In this document: in pieces, positions 19,986-30,183 of the stretch | Numbering within the stretch: the first letter of the stretch is position 1 | How the letters are laid out: every line of letters starts with the position of its first letter | Source of the DNA: Myxococcota bacterium | GTDB lineage: Bacteria; Myxococcota_A; UBA796; UBA2385 | Assembly (NCBI GenBank): GCA_044344255.1 | Contig: JBIJDH010000022.1 | Span: forward strand, 1 to 64,000 | Direction: 5' to 3' | DNA length: 64,000 nucleotides | The notes under the pieces: model-generated | What the model was told of the DNA's origin: nothing | Database searches by the model: none | What the model saw: the letters and a program-made list of their open reading frames with translations, nothing else | Program-made: the position numbers and the translations under genes

Positions 19986-21518
19986 GTGAGGCGGCTCGGC
20001 GGCGTCGCCCTCGCCCTCGGCGTCCTCGGCATCGGCCTCACCGCGCTCGGCCCCCTGCTCCCGGCGATGGCCGACCACGTCTGGGGCTCGGACTATGCCT
20101 GGACTCACCGCGACTTCCTCGGCGGCTGGTGGCTGTGGTGGGCGAGCGGCCATGGGGGAGCCGCGCGCTGGCTCGCGCTCCAGAGCTGGCCCGAGGGCGC
20201 CCTGCCGCTGGTCTTTCACATCCCGAACCCCTGGGATGGCTGGCTCCTCGGCCCCCTTGGCCTGCCGATGCCGCTCGGCTGGAACCTCGCCTCCCTCGGC
20301 CACCACCTGGGGAACCTGCTCGCCGCCGCGCTCCTCCTCCGCGCCCAGGGCCTCCGGCTCGGCACGACCTTCATCATCACCGCCCTGCTCGCCACCTGCC
20401 CGGTCTCCTTGTCGGAGATCAGCGGCGGGCGCACGCTCTCCGGGGTGGCGTGGCCCGGGCTGCTCGCGCTCGTCGCCCTCCACCGCCCCGGCGGCCGGGC
20501 GGGCGTCGCCGCTGGCCTCCTCCTCGGCCTTCAGGGCCTCTGCTACCTCTACACGGGCCTGCTCTTCGGCCTCGCCGCCCTGATCCTCCGCCCCCGGGCC
20601 GGCCTCCTCGCCGCGGCCCTGCCGCTGCTCCCCTACGCGATCTGGCTGTCCCCCCTCCGCGGCGCCTTCCCGAGCGAGGCGCCCCCCGCCGGCTTCACCC
20701 GGCTCCCCCTCGCGGGCGCCCTCGGCCACGACCTCGTGCCCGAGCGCCTCCGCCTGCAACCGGCGCTGCTGCTCGGACTCCTCACCCCGCTCGCCCTGCG
20801 CGGACAGCGGCGCTGGCTGGCGGTGACCCTGCTCGCCGGCACGATCGCCCTCGGCCCCACGGTCGGCTGGACCCGCGAGCAGCCCCTCTTCGTCTCCCCC
20901 TTCGCCTGGGCGCTGCACCTCGTCCCCGGCCTCTCGCGCATGCACCACCCGCTGCGGGCGATCTTCTTGTTCGTCCCCGCCCTCGGGCTGCTGCTCGGCC
21001 GCGGCCTCGATCGCCTCCCCCTCCCCCTCCGCGCCCTCCCGCTCGGCGCCGCCCTCGCCTTCCTCCCCGCCACCCGCCTCGCCACCTCGGTCGGGGCCAG
21101 CGGGGAGCCCACCGGGGCCGAGGCGGCGCGCTGGGTGGCCGACCACGGGGGCACCGCGGTGGTGGACCTCTCCGGCGAGGGCGGGGCGGCGCTCGGCCTC
21201 CAGACCGTCCACGGCCTGCCGATGCTCGAGGGCCTGCGCCCCCGGCGCGAAGACGACGTGGGCGGCCGGCTGCGGCGCCGCTGTGACGCCTGGCTGCGCG
21301 GCGAGCGAGACCCGTCCCTGCCCGCCGACCTGCGCGCCGCCGGCTTCAGCCACGTCCTGGCCATCGAGCGCGACGGGCGCCAGATCCCCGACACCCTCGA
21401 GCAGGACCTCGGCCCGCCGGTGGCACCTGGGGTCTACGCGCTCCCCCCGGCCCCGGGCGCCCAACCGCCCGGGGGGGCCGAACCGCCCGGGGGGGCCGCG
21501 CCGAGCGAGGGTGGTTAG
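19986..21518 (+). CDS. Polytopic membrane protein, possibly GT-C/YfhO-like
   Basis: Many TM segments; LVPGLSRMHHPLR; soluble C-terminal domain. Start uncertain. Confidence 0.6.
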   Translation: MRRLGGVALALGVLGIGLTALGPLLPAMADHVWGSDYAWTHRDFLGGWWLWWASGHGGAARWLALQSWPEGALPLVFHIPNPWDGWLLGPLGLPMPLGWNLASLGHHLGNLLAAALLLRAQGLRLGTTFIITALLATCPVSLSEISGGRTLSGVAWPGLLALVALHRPGGRAGVAAGLLLGLQGLCYLYTGLLFGLAALILRPRAGLLAAALPLLPYAIWLSPLRGAFPSEAPPAGFTRLPLAGALGHDLVPERLRLQPALLLGLLTPLALRGQRRWLAVTLLAGTIALGPTVGWTREQPLFVSPFAWALHLVPGLSRMHHPLRAIFLFVPALGLLLGRGLDRLPLPLRALPLGAALAFLPATRLATSVGASGEPTGAEAARWVADHGGTAVVDLSGEGGAALGLQTVHGLPMLEGLRPRREDDVGGRLRRRCDAWLRGERDPSLPADLRAAGFSHVLAIERDGRQIPDTLEQDLGPPVAPGVYALPPAPGAQPPGGAEPPGGAAPSEGG

Positions 21519-21544
21519 GCTCCAGCCCCCAGCAGAGGGCGCGC

Positions 21545-23221
21545 ATGTACCACGACTTCCTGATCCTCGGTGGCGCCGGCCTCGTCGGCCTCCAGGTGTG
21601 CCGTCACATCGTCGAGCAGCTCGACCCCCGGCGCATCGTCGTCGCGTCGCTGCTCCGTGCCGAGGCCGAGGCCGCCTGCAAGGTGCTCGAGGCCGAGTAC
21701 GGCGACCGCGTCGCCTTCGTGCCCGCCTGGGGAGACCTCTTCCTCCCCACGGACCTCGCCGAGCAGCCCCGCGCCAAGGTGATGGCCGATCCCACCCTCC
21801 GCCGTAGGCTGCTCCGCACCCTCTACGATGACTTCGAGTCCTCCTACCAGGAGAACCACCTCGTCCGCCTGATCCGTCAGCATCGGCCCGAGGTGATCGT
21901 CGACAGCGTCAACACCGCGACCGGCCTGTCCTACCAGGACGTCTTCGACGGCGCGGCCAAGGTGCGGGAGTGGCTGCGCGAAGACGGGCTCGATCCCGGC
22001 GGCCTCCAAGACGTCGAGACCTTCCTCCTCAGCCAGTCGGTGCCCCAGCTCATCCGCCACGTGCGGCTGCTGCACAAGGCCACCACCGACTACCAGACAC
22101 GCGTGTACCTGAAGGTGGGCACCACCGGCACTGGCGGCATGGGGATGAACATCCCCTACACCCACTCCGAGGACAAGCCGAGCCGCAAGCTGCTCGCCAA
22201 GACAGAGGCCGCCTTCGGCCACACCGGCCTGCTCTTCCTGCTCGCCCGCACGCCAGACTCCCCCATCGTGAAGGAGGTCAAGCCGGCCGCGATGATCGGC
22301 TACCGGGCCGTCCACATCCGCCGCGCTGTGGACAAACATGGCAACTCGGATCTGTTCAAGCCCCGGCAGGTGACCTTCGACGGCCCCACCCTCGCCCTCC
22401 GGGAAGACCCCGCCGGCTATGAGAAGGACGGCGAGCTCGTCGTCCCCGTGGTCGACACCGGTGAGAACGGCGTGTTCACCCGCGGGGAGTTCGCGGCCAT
22501 CACCGCGCTCGGTCAGATGGAGTACATCACCCCGGAGGAGATCGCCCGCGTCGTCGTGCAGGAGATCCGCGGCGCCAACACTGGAAACGACTGTATCAGC
22601 GCGCTCGACGGCGCCGTGATGGACCCCTCCTACAAGGCGGGCCTCCTCCGCAGCACCGCCCTCTTTGACCTCGACCAGGTCGAGAAGGAGAGCGGCATCA
22701 CGAGCGTGGCCCTCGGTCGCCTCGGCCCCCCCGAGCTGAGCAAGCTCCTCTTCGAGGCCCAGCTCTTCAAGCACGCCTACGGCTCGGTCGAGCGCCTCAT
22801 CGCCCAAGACCTCGATCCCCTCGCTATCTCCGAGGCCCTCTTCGTCGCGCTCGAGCCCTCGGGCGTGGCCCGCGTGGCCCCCAGCATCGGCATCCCCGTC
22901 CTCTTGCCGGACGGCCACCGGATGCTGCGCGGCCCCCGCATCAACGTGCCCGAGCTGGTGGGCCACGGCACCACCGTGCCGCTGAGTGAGACCCCGGCCC
23001 GCGAGGTCTGGATCGCCAAGGGCTGGATCGACCTCCGTCCGAGCAACATGTCCCGCTGGGTCGAGCGCTTCCGCAAGATGCTGCGCTCGCGCGCCGTCCT
23101 GCGCGACGCAGGGTCGGCCGCCGCCACGATCCAGACCTACATGGGCGACCGCTTCGAGATCGGAGAGGTCGTGGCCTGGATCTTCAACAACGAGATGGGC
23201 GGGTACCGCATCAAGGCCTAG
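21545..23221 (+). CDS. NAD(P)-binding Rossmann-fold protein (atypical SDR-like)
   Basis: ILGGAGLVG; KVGTTGTGGMGMNIPYTHSE; strong coding-like codon usage. Confidence 0.75.
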   Translation: MYHDFLILGGAGLVGLQVCRHIVEQLDPRRIVVASLLRAEAEAACKVLEAEYGDRVAFVPAWGDLFLPTDLAEQPRAKVMADPTLRRRLLRTLYDDFESSYQENHLVRLIRQHRPEVIVDSVNTATGLSYQDVFDGAAKVREWLREDGLDPGGLQDVETFLLSQSVPQLIRHVRLLHKATTDYQTRVYLKVGTTGTGGMGMNIPYTHSEDKPSRKLLAKTEAAFGHTGLLFLLARTPDSPIVKEVKPAAMIGYRAVHIRRAVDKHGNSDLFKPRQVTFDGPTLALREDPAGYEKDGELVVPVVDTGENGVFTRGEFAAITALGQMEYITPEEIARVVVQEIRGANTGNDCISALDGAVMDPSYKAGLLRSTALFDLDQVEKESGITSVALGRLGPPELSKLLFEAQLFKHAYGSVERLIAQDLDPLAISEALFVALEPSGVARVAPSIGIPVLLPDGHRMLRGPRINVPELVGHGTTVPLSETPAREVWIAKGWIDLRPSNMSRWVERFRKMLRSRAVLRDAGSAAATIQTYMGDRFEIGEVVAWIFNNEMGGYRIKA

Positions 23222-23256
23222 GGCAGCGCATCAAGGCCTAGGGCAGCGCATCAAGG
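23207..23256. repeat. 2.5 copies of a 20-bp tandem repeat
   Basis: CGCATCAAGGCCTAGGGCAG x2 plus CGCATCAAGG; spans the stop codons of both convergent genes. Confidence 0.9.
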
Positions 23257-24489
23257 AGCAGCGGGCGGGAGCCCTGAATACGGCTCCACGTCGAGCTTCC
23301 GTACGTCGGCATCCCGCACCCCGAGGAAGATCGGGGCCGCGCCCTGCCGGTAGATGTTGATCTTCGCGTTGAACATGAAACGACGCACGCCGTGCTTGTC
23401 GACCGCGCTGTAGCGCGAGGTGCCGAAGGTGCCGTCAGCCTCCGCCGGCCCGGTGAGATAACATCGGATGTCGCGTACTTGTTCGCCCGCGATTCGGATC
23501 CCGGCGAGCCCGGTGACCTCCCGCTGCATGCGAGAGACGAAGTCCGGCGCCGCCTCTACCGGCGAGCCCGAGTGGACGCCCGGCTGCGGGAAGTCGCCGA
23601 TGACGATCTGCCCCGCCATCGCCCGCTCCAGCATCCGCGCGAGGTCGATGGTGACCTGCCCGACCAGGTAGCTCGTGAGGGAGGGTGAGAGGCCTTCGGA
23701 CTGGAAGAACTCGTAGTGCTCGCCCACGTGAAAGCCCGCCCTGAGCTCGGGGACCGCGCGAGTCCGGGACTTGGCGCGGGCGATCGCGTTGTCGGCGAGG
23801 AGGAGCAGCATCAGCTTGTAGAGCTCGACGTTGCCCCGCGAGTCCGGCGAACGGCTCCAGAGGTAGAACCCGTCGCCGGTCGGGCTGCGGGCGAACTGTA
23901 CAGACCCGTCCTGACCGGACAGCTTGTCATAGGCTGCGTTGATCGAGAAGGACAAACTGTTCAACAGCGTGGCCTGCTCGATCGGCGAATGGGTAGAAAA
24001 CCCGACGATGTCGAGCAACACGACGGCCCGATCTTGGAAGAGGGACACGCTGTAGCGGCGCACCAGGGCATCGACCAGCTCGGGGCCCAGCTCGCGCACG
24101 GGATCGAAGGGGAGGGCGCAGTCGATCGGCTTGACGTTCAGCTTACGAGCGACCTCGTCGAAGCGTGGGGCATCGGCGCGCTTCCCCTCGGTCACCAAGG
24201 CGTCGATGAACCGCACGGGATCAGCCTCCCCGGTGATCTCCCGCACGCCCGAGACATACTCGGCCAAGGCGTAGTGCGGAAAGTTGAGGAGCCGCAAGTG
24301 GCGCCCCTCGCTGCACCAGAGCAGGACCACTCGCTCGCCGAGGTGCCAACACTCGTACAGACGCTCGTCAAGTAGGGCGAGGCGCAGATGGGCCTCATCG
24401 CGGCCGACGCCGGGCGCGGGCGAGAACCGCGAGAACGCATCGAGCCACGACTCCCGCCGCCGGATGTGAACGGGGCTCCCCACGGTCAT
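23251..24489 (-). CDS. Class III nucleotidyl-cyclase-like protein
   Basis: LLDIVGFS...TGDGFY...LRAGFHVG...IDLARM. Confidence 0.6.
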   Translation of the reverse strand: MTVGSPVHIRRRESWLDAFSRFSPAPGVGRDEAHLRLALLDERLYECWHLGERVVLLWCSEGRHLRLLNFPHYALAEYVSGVREITGEADPVRFIDALVTEGKRADAPRFDEVARKLNVKPIDCALPFDPVRELGPELVDALVRRYSVSLFQDRAVVLLDIVGFSTHSPIEQATLLNSLSFSINAAYDKLSGQDGSVQFARSPTGDGFYLWSRSPDSRGNVELYKLMLLLLADNAIARAKSRTRAVPELRAGFHVGEHYEFFQSEGLSPSLTSYLVGQVTIDLARMLERAMAGQIVIGDFPQPGVHSGSPVEAAPDFVSRMQREVTGLAGIRIAGEQVRDIRCYLTGPAEADGTFGTSRYSAVDKHGVRRFMFNAKINIYRQGAAPIFLGVRDADVRKLDVEPYSGLPPAAP

Positions 24490-24697
24490 GCTGGACTCCG
24501 AGCCGGCTACAGTTCGACCAGGCTGGCTGGCGCTCGCTGTAGGGGGGTGGGCTCAATGTGAACGACGCTCGCAACTGCCAACCTATCATAGCCGCCCTCG
24601 AGACACTCTCGCAAGCCTCGACCCTGTCCGCCGTGGAGCGACCGCCCCCGACGCGCCGCGGCCGGCGCGTTAGGGCCCGAGTTTGGGAGTCCTCGTC

Positions 24698-24916
24698 ATG
24701 TCTGAAGTAGAGCCGACCTCGCCCGCCCCCGACACCGCCGAAACCGCCGAGGGGGTCGACACCGACATCCCCGCGCCGGCCACCCCCTCCTCTCCCTACC
24801 CCTTGATGCCGAGCTCCGTGCTCACGCAGGAGTCGGATCAGGCCGTGCGGCCCGGCTTCCGCAGCCCCGCGAACAAGGGCTCCAAGGCCCAGAGGTCCGC
24901 GAAGAAGAAGCGGTAG
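24698..24916 (+). CDS. Small hypothetical protein
   Basis: GGGAG RBS, basic C-terminus, followed by a terminator hairpin. Confidence 0.5.
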   Translation: MSEVEPTSPAPDTAETAEGVDTDIPAPATPSSPYPLMPSSVLTQESDQAVRPGFRSPANKGSKAQRSAKKKR

Positions 24917-24922
24917 TCCCCT

Positions 24923-24961
24923 CGCCCCTCCGGGCCCCGCGCTCGGAGGGGCGCTTCGTTT
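24923..24961 (+). terminator. Intrinsic terminator
   Basis: 13-bp stem CGCCCCTCCGGGC/GCTCGGAGGGGCG followed by CTTCGTTT. Confidence 0.6.
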
Positions 24962-25110
24962 CGGCGCCTCGGCACCTCGGCCGTGCCCTGAGACCGGAGT
25001 CTGTTGACGAGCTGATCTGCGACACACGCGGACCGGATGCCACAGGTCGTGAGGCACTGACCGCGAGGAAGATCCCGTCAATCGGTATAAATCGAAGTAT
25101 CCACGAGGGG

Positions 25111-26787
25111 ATGATCCACTCTGCGAAGGGGAGGCCAGCCGTGGACAATCAGACCGTCAGCGCCGCCCGCGGGGGGCACCTCTCCGGAACGGCGGCCAAC
25201 CGCACGCTGGAGCAGGAGCTGCTTGAGCTCCGTGGCCGCCTCGACCACCAGGCGCGTGACCTCAAGCGCCTCACCCGCGCCTTCGCCCGCCTCATCCGGC
25301 GCAACGACGCATTCCCCGTCGCACCGACCTTCGCCGAGATGATCATCGACGTCCTCGACCTCGAGGTGGGGGCGGTCCTCCTCCCGACCGAGGGCGGCGC
25401 CCCCTCCTTCGCCGTCCGCGGCCTGCCGGATGGTGTCAGCGCCGAACAGCTCGAGCGGGCCCTGCGGTCGATGAACGCGGCGACCCAAGGTGAGATCGGG
25501 GTTCGTCCACTCCGGCCCGATCAGCTCGAGGCGCTCCCCGGGCAAATCCTGCACGAGGGGGTGCTCTGCATCATCACGGGGCGCCGGGAGCAGACCCGCG
25601 CCCTCCTCCTCGGCGGGAACACCCGGACCCGCCTCGAGATGGTAGACACCCTCACCGACGGCACCCTGCTGATGCTCGGGTTCGTGGCCGAGCAGTGCGC
25701 GGCCTACCTGGACCAGCAGGCCGACCAGCGCCTCATCCAGGAGCAGCTCAACACGATCCGCGAGTCTGAGGAGCGGCTGGCCCTCGTGCTGGAGGGGACG
25801 AACGACGGCTGGTGGGATTGGGACCTGTCCCGCGACGCCTGCTCGTACTCCGCCCGCTGGGCGGAGATGCTCGGCCTGCCCCCTCAGGGCGCTTCGTTGG
25901 CCGGCGCCTTCTGGCGGGAGCGGGTCCACCCGGACGACCGGCCGGCCTTCGACGCCCTGCTCGAGCGCGCGCTCACCCTCACCGAGCACGCGATTGACGT
26001 AGAGCTGCGCCTCCGCTGCGAGGACGGGAGCTGGCTGCCCGTGCACGTCCGCGGGATCCTCTGTCACGACGCCTCCGGCCAGCCCATCCGCCTCGCAGGC
26101 TCGATCCAGGACCTCACCGAACGCCGACGGCATGAGGCGTACGTAAACCACCTCGCCTTCTACGACTCTCTCACCGAGCTGCCGAACCGGCGGCTCCTCG
26201 AAGACCGGCTCCAGCAAGCGCTCCTCGGCCATTCCCCCGACCGCGAGGCCGTCGCGGTGATGATGCTCGACCTCGATCGTTTTAAGACCCTCAATGACAC
26301 CCACGGGCACGCGACGGGAGACCAGCTCCTCCAGGCGGTGGGTCGGCGGCTGGTGCAGACGGTTCAAGAAGCGGACACCGTCGCCCGCCTGGGGGGCGAT
26401 GAGTACGTCGTGCTCATCGAGAACCTCGGCGCCGACCTCGATCGGGCGACGCAGATCGCCGAGAAGGTGGCGAACCGGATCCTCAGCGCCCTGAACGAGC
26501 CCTACATCCTCGATTGTGGCCTCCACCATTGCACGGCTAGCATCGGCCTGGCCCTCACCGTGAACGGTGGGCTGAGCCCCGGGGCCCTCCTCAAGCAGGC
26601 CGACCTCGCCCTGTATCGCTCGAAGGAGGCGGGGCGAAACACCGTGCGCCTCTACCAGCCGGAGATGCAGGTTCGAGCGGCCTCCCGGTCGGTTTACGAG
26701 GCCCAGCTCCCCGCCGCCCTGCCGAACGAAGAGCGCGACCCAGATGATCAGTCCGAAGTGGACGGTCCTGGCCGGATCATCGGCTGA
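25111..26787 (+). CDS. PAS-domain diguanylate cyclase
   Basis: NDGWWDWD PAS, DSLTELPNR, DLDRFK, GGDEY. No EAL domain. Confidence 0.88.
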   Translation: MIHSAKGRPAVDNQTVSAARGGHLSGTAANRTLEQELLELRGRLDHQARDLKRLTRAFARLIRRNDAFPVAPTFAEMIIDVLDLEVGAVLLPTEGGAPSFAVRGLPDGVSAEQLERALRSMNAATQGEIGVRPLRPDQLEALPGQILHEGVLCIITGRREQTRALLLGGNTRTRLEMVDTLTDGTLLMLGFVAEQCAAYLDQQADQRLIQEQLNTIRESEERLALVLEGTNDGWWDWDLSRDACSYSARWAEMLGLPPQGASLAGAFWRERVHPDDRPAFDALLERALTLTEHAIDVELRLRCEDGSWLPVHVRGILCHDASGQPIRLAGSIQDLTERRRHEAYVNHLAFYDSLTELPNRRLLEDRLQQALLGHSPDREAVAVMMLDLDRFKTLNDTHGHATGDQLLQAVGRRLVQTVQEADTVARLGGDEYVVLIENLGADLDRATQIAEKVANRILSALNEPYILDCGLHHCTASIGLALTVNGGLSPGALLKQADLALYRSKEAGRNTVRLYQPEMQVRAASRSVYEAQLPAALPNEERDPDDQSEVDGPGRIIG

Positions 26788-26811
26788 GGAGCCCGCCACG
26801 CCTCAGGCGGC

Positions 26812-28749
26812 TCACCAACAGCTCGCCAGCGCCTCCGCGGGCATCGGGCGCCCGAGCAGGTAGCCCTGACCATAGTCGCAGCCGAGCTCCTCGAGCAGGG
26901 CGCGCTGCTCTTCGGTCTCGATGCCCTCCGCCACCACCTGGAGGCCGAGCGAGTGCGCCATCCGCAGGATGCTCTCGCAGAGGAGATAGTCCTTCGACCC
27001 CCTCGTGAGCCCGCTCACGAAGCGCCGATCGATCTTCAGGAGGTCCATGTCGAAGCCGTGGAGCTGCCCGATCGAGGAGTAGCCCGTACCGAAGTCGTCG
27101 AGGGAGAGCTGTATGCCCGCCTCGCGGAGGGCGGCGAGCCGGTCTCGGGTGCCGGGGTCTGCGTCGAGCAGGACGCCCTCGGTGACCTCCAGCACCACCG
27201 CGTCGCCGGGGGCCGAGAGCTCATCGAGCATGAGCAGGCAGGGGTGGCGGCTGTCGGGGTCTTCCCGGAACTGGACCGGCGACCGGTTGATGCTGATCTG
27301 GAAGCCCGACGCCCCCGCGGCCCTCCAGGCGAGGGTCTGGCGGACGGCCTCTCGAAACACCCAGTCTCCGATGTCGTGGATCGTGCCGTTCGCCTCGGCG
27401 ATCGGGATGAACTCCGCGGGGCTGACCGCGCCCATCGTGGCGTGCCGCCAACGAACGAGGGCCTCGGCCTTGACCATCCGGCCGGTCTTCAGGTGGACGA
27501 TCGGCTGATAGACGACGAAGAGCTGCCCCTGCGCGAGCGCGCCGTGGAGGTCTTGGGAGAGGATGAAGGCGCGATCGGAGCCGTCGACCGCGCTCTGTCG
27601 CGTGAGGATCACCACCCGCTGGCGCCCGCCCCCCTGGGCCAAGGCGACCGCCTGATCCACACGCTGGAGGACGGCCTCGGCCTCCGCCGGCTCGTCGGCC
27701 TCGACGAACACCACGCCGACCCGCACCGAGAGCCGCAGCTCACGGCCACGGACCCGCCGTGGCCGCTCCAGGGACTCCGCGATCCGGGTCGCCCGACCCT
27801 CCACCTCCGCCGGGCCCGCGAGCCCCCGCAGCAGCAGCAGGAAGTCATGCGTCGCCACCCGCGCCGCCGCCTCCCCCTCCCCGATCTCGGCCCCCACGGT
27901 CATGGCCACCTGCTTGAGCGTCTCCTCGGCAGAGTCTCGACCGAGCGCGTTCGACAACCGCGAAAACTGTTCGATCTCGAACCGCAGGACGGTGATCGAG
28001 CCGCGGGGAGATGCGTCGTCGGCGTTGAGCCGGGCCAGGCGCTCCGCGAAGCCGTGCCGGTTGCGCAGGCCGGTGAGGGGGTCGTGAAAGAGCGCCCCCA
28101 ACATCCGTCGGTGCGCCCGGCTGGCCGCGCGCAGCCCCTCGTCGTGGAGCCACCGCAGCGCCACCACGAGCCCGAGGATGGCGACCATGTTGATCCAAGA
28201 ATTGGGACTGATCAGCGCTGGCTGAAGCCCGTGTCTCGCGAACAGAAACATGAACTCGAGACCGAAGCAGACAAAGGCCCACCGCAGGTCACAGGTGGCG
28301 GCGGCGATCAACACCGGCACCCAGACGATCTGCGGTATCGCCTCCTGTAACCAAGCCTTTGGCGCGGCGATGCCGCACAGCGCCGCGCTCGCCAGCACCA
28401 CGCCGACCCACGACCCACCGACAGATTCCCGCTTGTATCCACGGCGGAGCGTGAGCGTGATGATGCCCGTCAGGACGCCTCCGGCGATGACGGCCCAGGG
28501 CTGCTCCACCCTCCGAACTGTGGGCAATACAAGGACACCCTTCGCCTGCAGGCCGAGGAAGAGAGCCTGTCCAAAGCAGACCGCGGCGACGGCGAGCGTG
28601 ACCCAGCCGACCACGCGCCCCCGCAGAGCGGAGCTGATCTCTGATTCGGAGACGGGGGTGTCGCCGGTTGATCCCAAGCGTTGATCCTCTCGGTGCCCCC
28701 TATCCAGCCGGAAGGGGACGGCGATGGATCTAAAGTCGACAAAATTCAC
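26812..28749 (-). CDS. Membrane EAL phosphodiesterase with a degenerate GGDEF domain (start uncertain)
   Basis: N-terminal TMs; ATHDF in place of GGDEF; EAL, DDFGTGYSS, EGIE, QGY. Confidence 0.88.
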   Translation of the reverse strand: MNFVDFRSIAVPFRLDRGHREDQRLGSTGDTPVSESEISSALRGRVVGWVTLAVAAVCFGQALFLGLQAKGVLVLPTVRRVEQPWAVIAGGVLTGIITLTLRRGYKRESVGGSWVGVVLASAALCGIAAPKAWLQEAIPQIVWVPVLIAAATCDLRWAFVCFGLEFMFLFARHGLQPALISPNSWINMVAILGLVVALRWLHDEGLRAASRAHRRMLGALFHDPLTGLRNRHGFAERLARLNADDASPRGSITVLRFEIEQFSRLSNALGRDSAEETLKQVAMTVGAEIGEGEAAARVATHDFLLLLRGLAGPAEVEGRATRIAESLERPRRVRGRELRLSVRVGVVFVEADEPAEAEAVLQRVDQAVALAQGGGRQRVVILTRQSAVDGSDRAFILSQDLHGALAQGQLFVVYQPIVHLKTGRMVKAEALVRWRHATMGAVSPAEFIPIAEANGTIHDIGDWVFREAVRQTLAWRAAGASGFQISINRSPVQFREDPDSRHPCLLMLDELSAPGDAVVLEVTEGVLLDADPGTRDRLAALREAGIQLSLDDFGTGYSSIGQLHGFDMDLLKIDRRFVSGLTRGSKDYLLCESILRMAHSLGLQVVAEGIETEEQRALLEELGCDYGQGYLLGRPMPAEALASCW

Positions 28750-28768
28750 GATTCAGCACCCGGGAAGG

Positions 28769-28806
28769 CCCCCAGTCCTCCCCCCAGTCCTCCCCCCAGT
28801 CCTCCC
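28769..28806. repeat. Three copies of a 12-bp tandem repeat
   Basis: (CCCCCAGTCCTC)-type unit repeated three times in the intergenic region. Confidence 0.75.
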
Positions 28807-28848
28807 GCCCGTCCTCCCCCGTCCGGGAGGCGCCTCCGGGCTGCGCGG

Positions 28849-30027
28849 TCAGAAGGTCAGCCGCTCCACCGCGCCGATGAGGTCGTCGAACACGTCCTCG
28901 GGGCTGGACTCCGCCCGGAAGTAGCCGTCCGTCGTGTTGGTGAAGACGACGATCGTCGTGTCTTCATCGGGGTAGTAGTACATCTCCGAGAGGTAGCCCT
29001 CGAGCGCCCCCCCGTGCCCCACCACGTCGCCGTAGCGGCTCGGGAAGACGCTGATGCCCAGCCCGTAGTCATCACCCTCCCCGGTCTCGATCGTGTCGCC
29101 GAAGAGGGCGCCTCGGACGGGGTCGGAGAGCAGGCGGTCACCGGCGCCGAGCGCGCGGATGTAGGTGCCGATGTCGGCCGCCGTGGCGACGATCCCGCCG
29201 TCGGCGAGCCCGTAGCCCTGCTCCAGCTCGTCGGTGTCGAAGAGCTCGTCCCGCTCGAAGTAGTAGCTGTATCCGTGGACGAGGTCGCCGGTGACGGGCT
29301 CCTCCAGCTCATAGAAGGTGTGCGTCATCCCGAGGGGGTCGAGGATGCGCTCGCGGATCTCGATCGAGTGGTGGTGACCGACCACCTCATCGATGACGAG
29401 CCCAGCCAGCAGGTAGTTCGTGTTGGAGTACTCCCAGTCCGTCCCCGCCCGGAAGCTGGCAGGCTCATCGTAGGCGTAGGTGAGGGCCTCTTCGGTGGTC
29501 CAGGCGCGGGTCCGTCCGTCATCCACCTCCTCCCAGAAGCCGTCGGAGCCGAGGTAGTCGTACATCCCGCTCGTGTGGTTCAGCGCCTGCCGGAGCGTGG
29601 CCTTATCGGCGTTCTCGATGCGGGAGACGAGGCCAGCGGGCAGGTGGTCGGCCAGGGGATCGTCGAGGTCGAGCCTCCCCTCCACGGCGAGCTGAGCGGC
29701 GACCACGCCCAGGAAGGACTTCGAATTGCTGGCGATGCGGAACAGATCGTCCGGTTGGTAGTCCGCCTCGCCGAGCAGCCGCTCCCCCGCGGCGCCGTCG
29801 AAGTGGTCCCTCGGCGAGGACACGTAGAGCGCGACGCCCGGCAGGCCCGCCTCGACGGCCTCGTCCATCAGCTCACGGTAGGAGTCCCCCTCGAAGGAAC
29901 CCTTCCCGCAGCCCGCGAGCGACGAGATGCACAGCGCGGACCAGAGGTACCGCGCAGGGGCGGGGCGCAGCGCGACGGGGTGCGGCTGGGAGCGCGGGCA
30001 GGGTGTATGATGGAGTGGTCGGCGCAT
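28849..30027 (-). CDS. Serine hydrolase (beta-lactamase/D-Ala-D-Ala peptidase family) lipoprotein
   Basis: FRIASNSK (SxxK), LNHTSG, YSNTNY, GHGG; LAGC lipobox; AGGAGGAG RBS. Confidence 0.9.
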   Translation of the reverse strand: MRRPLHHTPCPRSQPHPVALRPAPARYLWSALCISSLAGCGKGSFEGDSYRELMDEAVEAGLPGVALYVSSPRDHFDGAAGERLLGEADYQPDDLFRIASNSKSFLGVVAAQLAVEGRLDLDDPLADHLPAGLVSRIENADKATLRQALNHTSGMYDYLGSDGFWEEVDDGRTRAWTTEEALTYAYDEPASFRAGTDWEYSNTNYLLAGLVIDEVVGHHHSIEIRERILDPLGMTHTFYELEEPVTGDLVHGYSYYFERDELFDTDELEQGYGLADGGIVATAADIGTYIRALGAGDRLLSDPVRGALFGDTIETGEGDDYGLGISVFPSRYGDVVGHGGALEGYLSEMYYYPDEDTTIVVFTNTTDGYFRAESSPEDVFDDLIGAVERLTF

Positions 30028-30183
30028 CAGGGTCTCCTCCTGTTTCCGTCGGACGACCTCATCCTACGCTCCCATCAAACGGCCCGCTTACAGCCAACTT
30101 TCAGCGTTACCCCCTCTCAACGCGCCACCTCTCAACGAAACAGCCCCGCGCGGTCGGGGCCCCACGACTTGGAGTCCCCTCCC

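Noticed and set aside
23207..23256. Possible CRISPR array
   Set aside because: The repeats are contiguous with no spacers, and there are no cas genes in the window.
28681..30183. N-terminal ~500 aa of the 1467-aa ORF
   Set aside because: It is antisense to the serine hydrolase. The signal peptide and lipobox only begin after GTG 30184.
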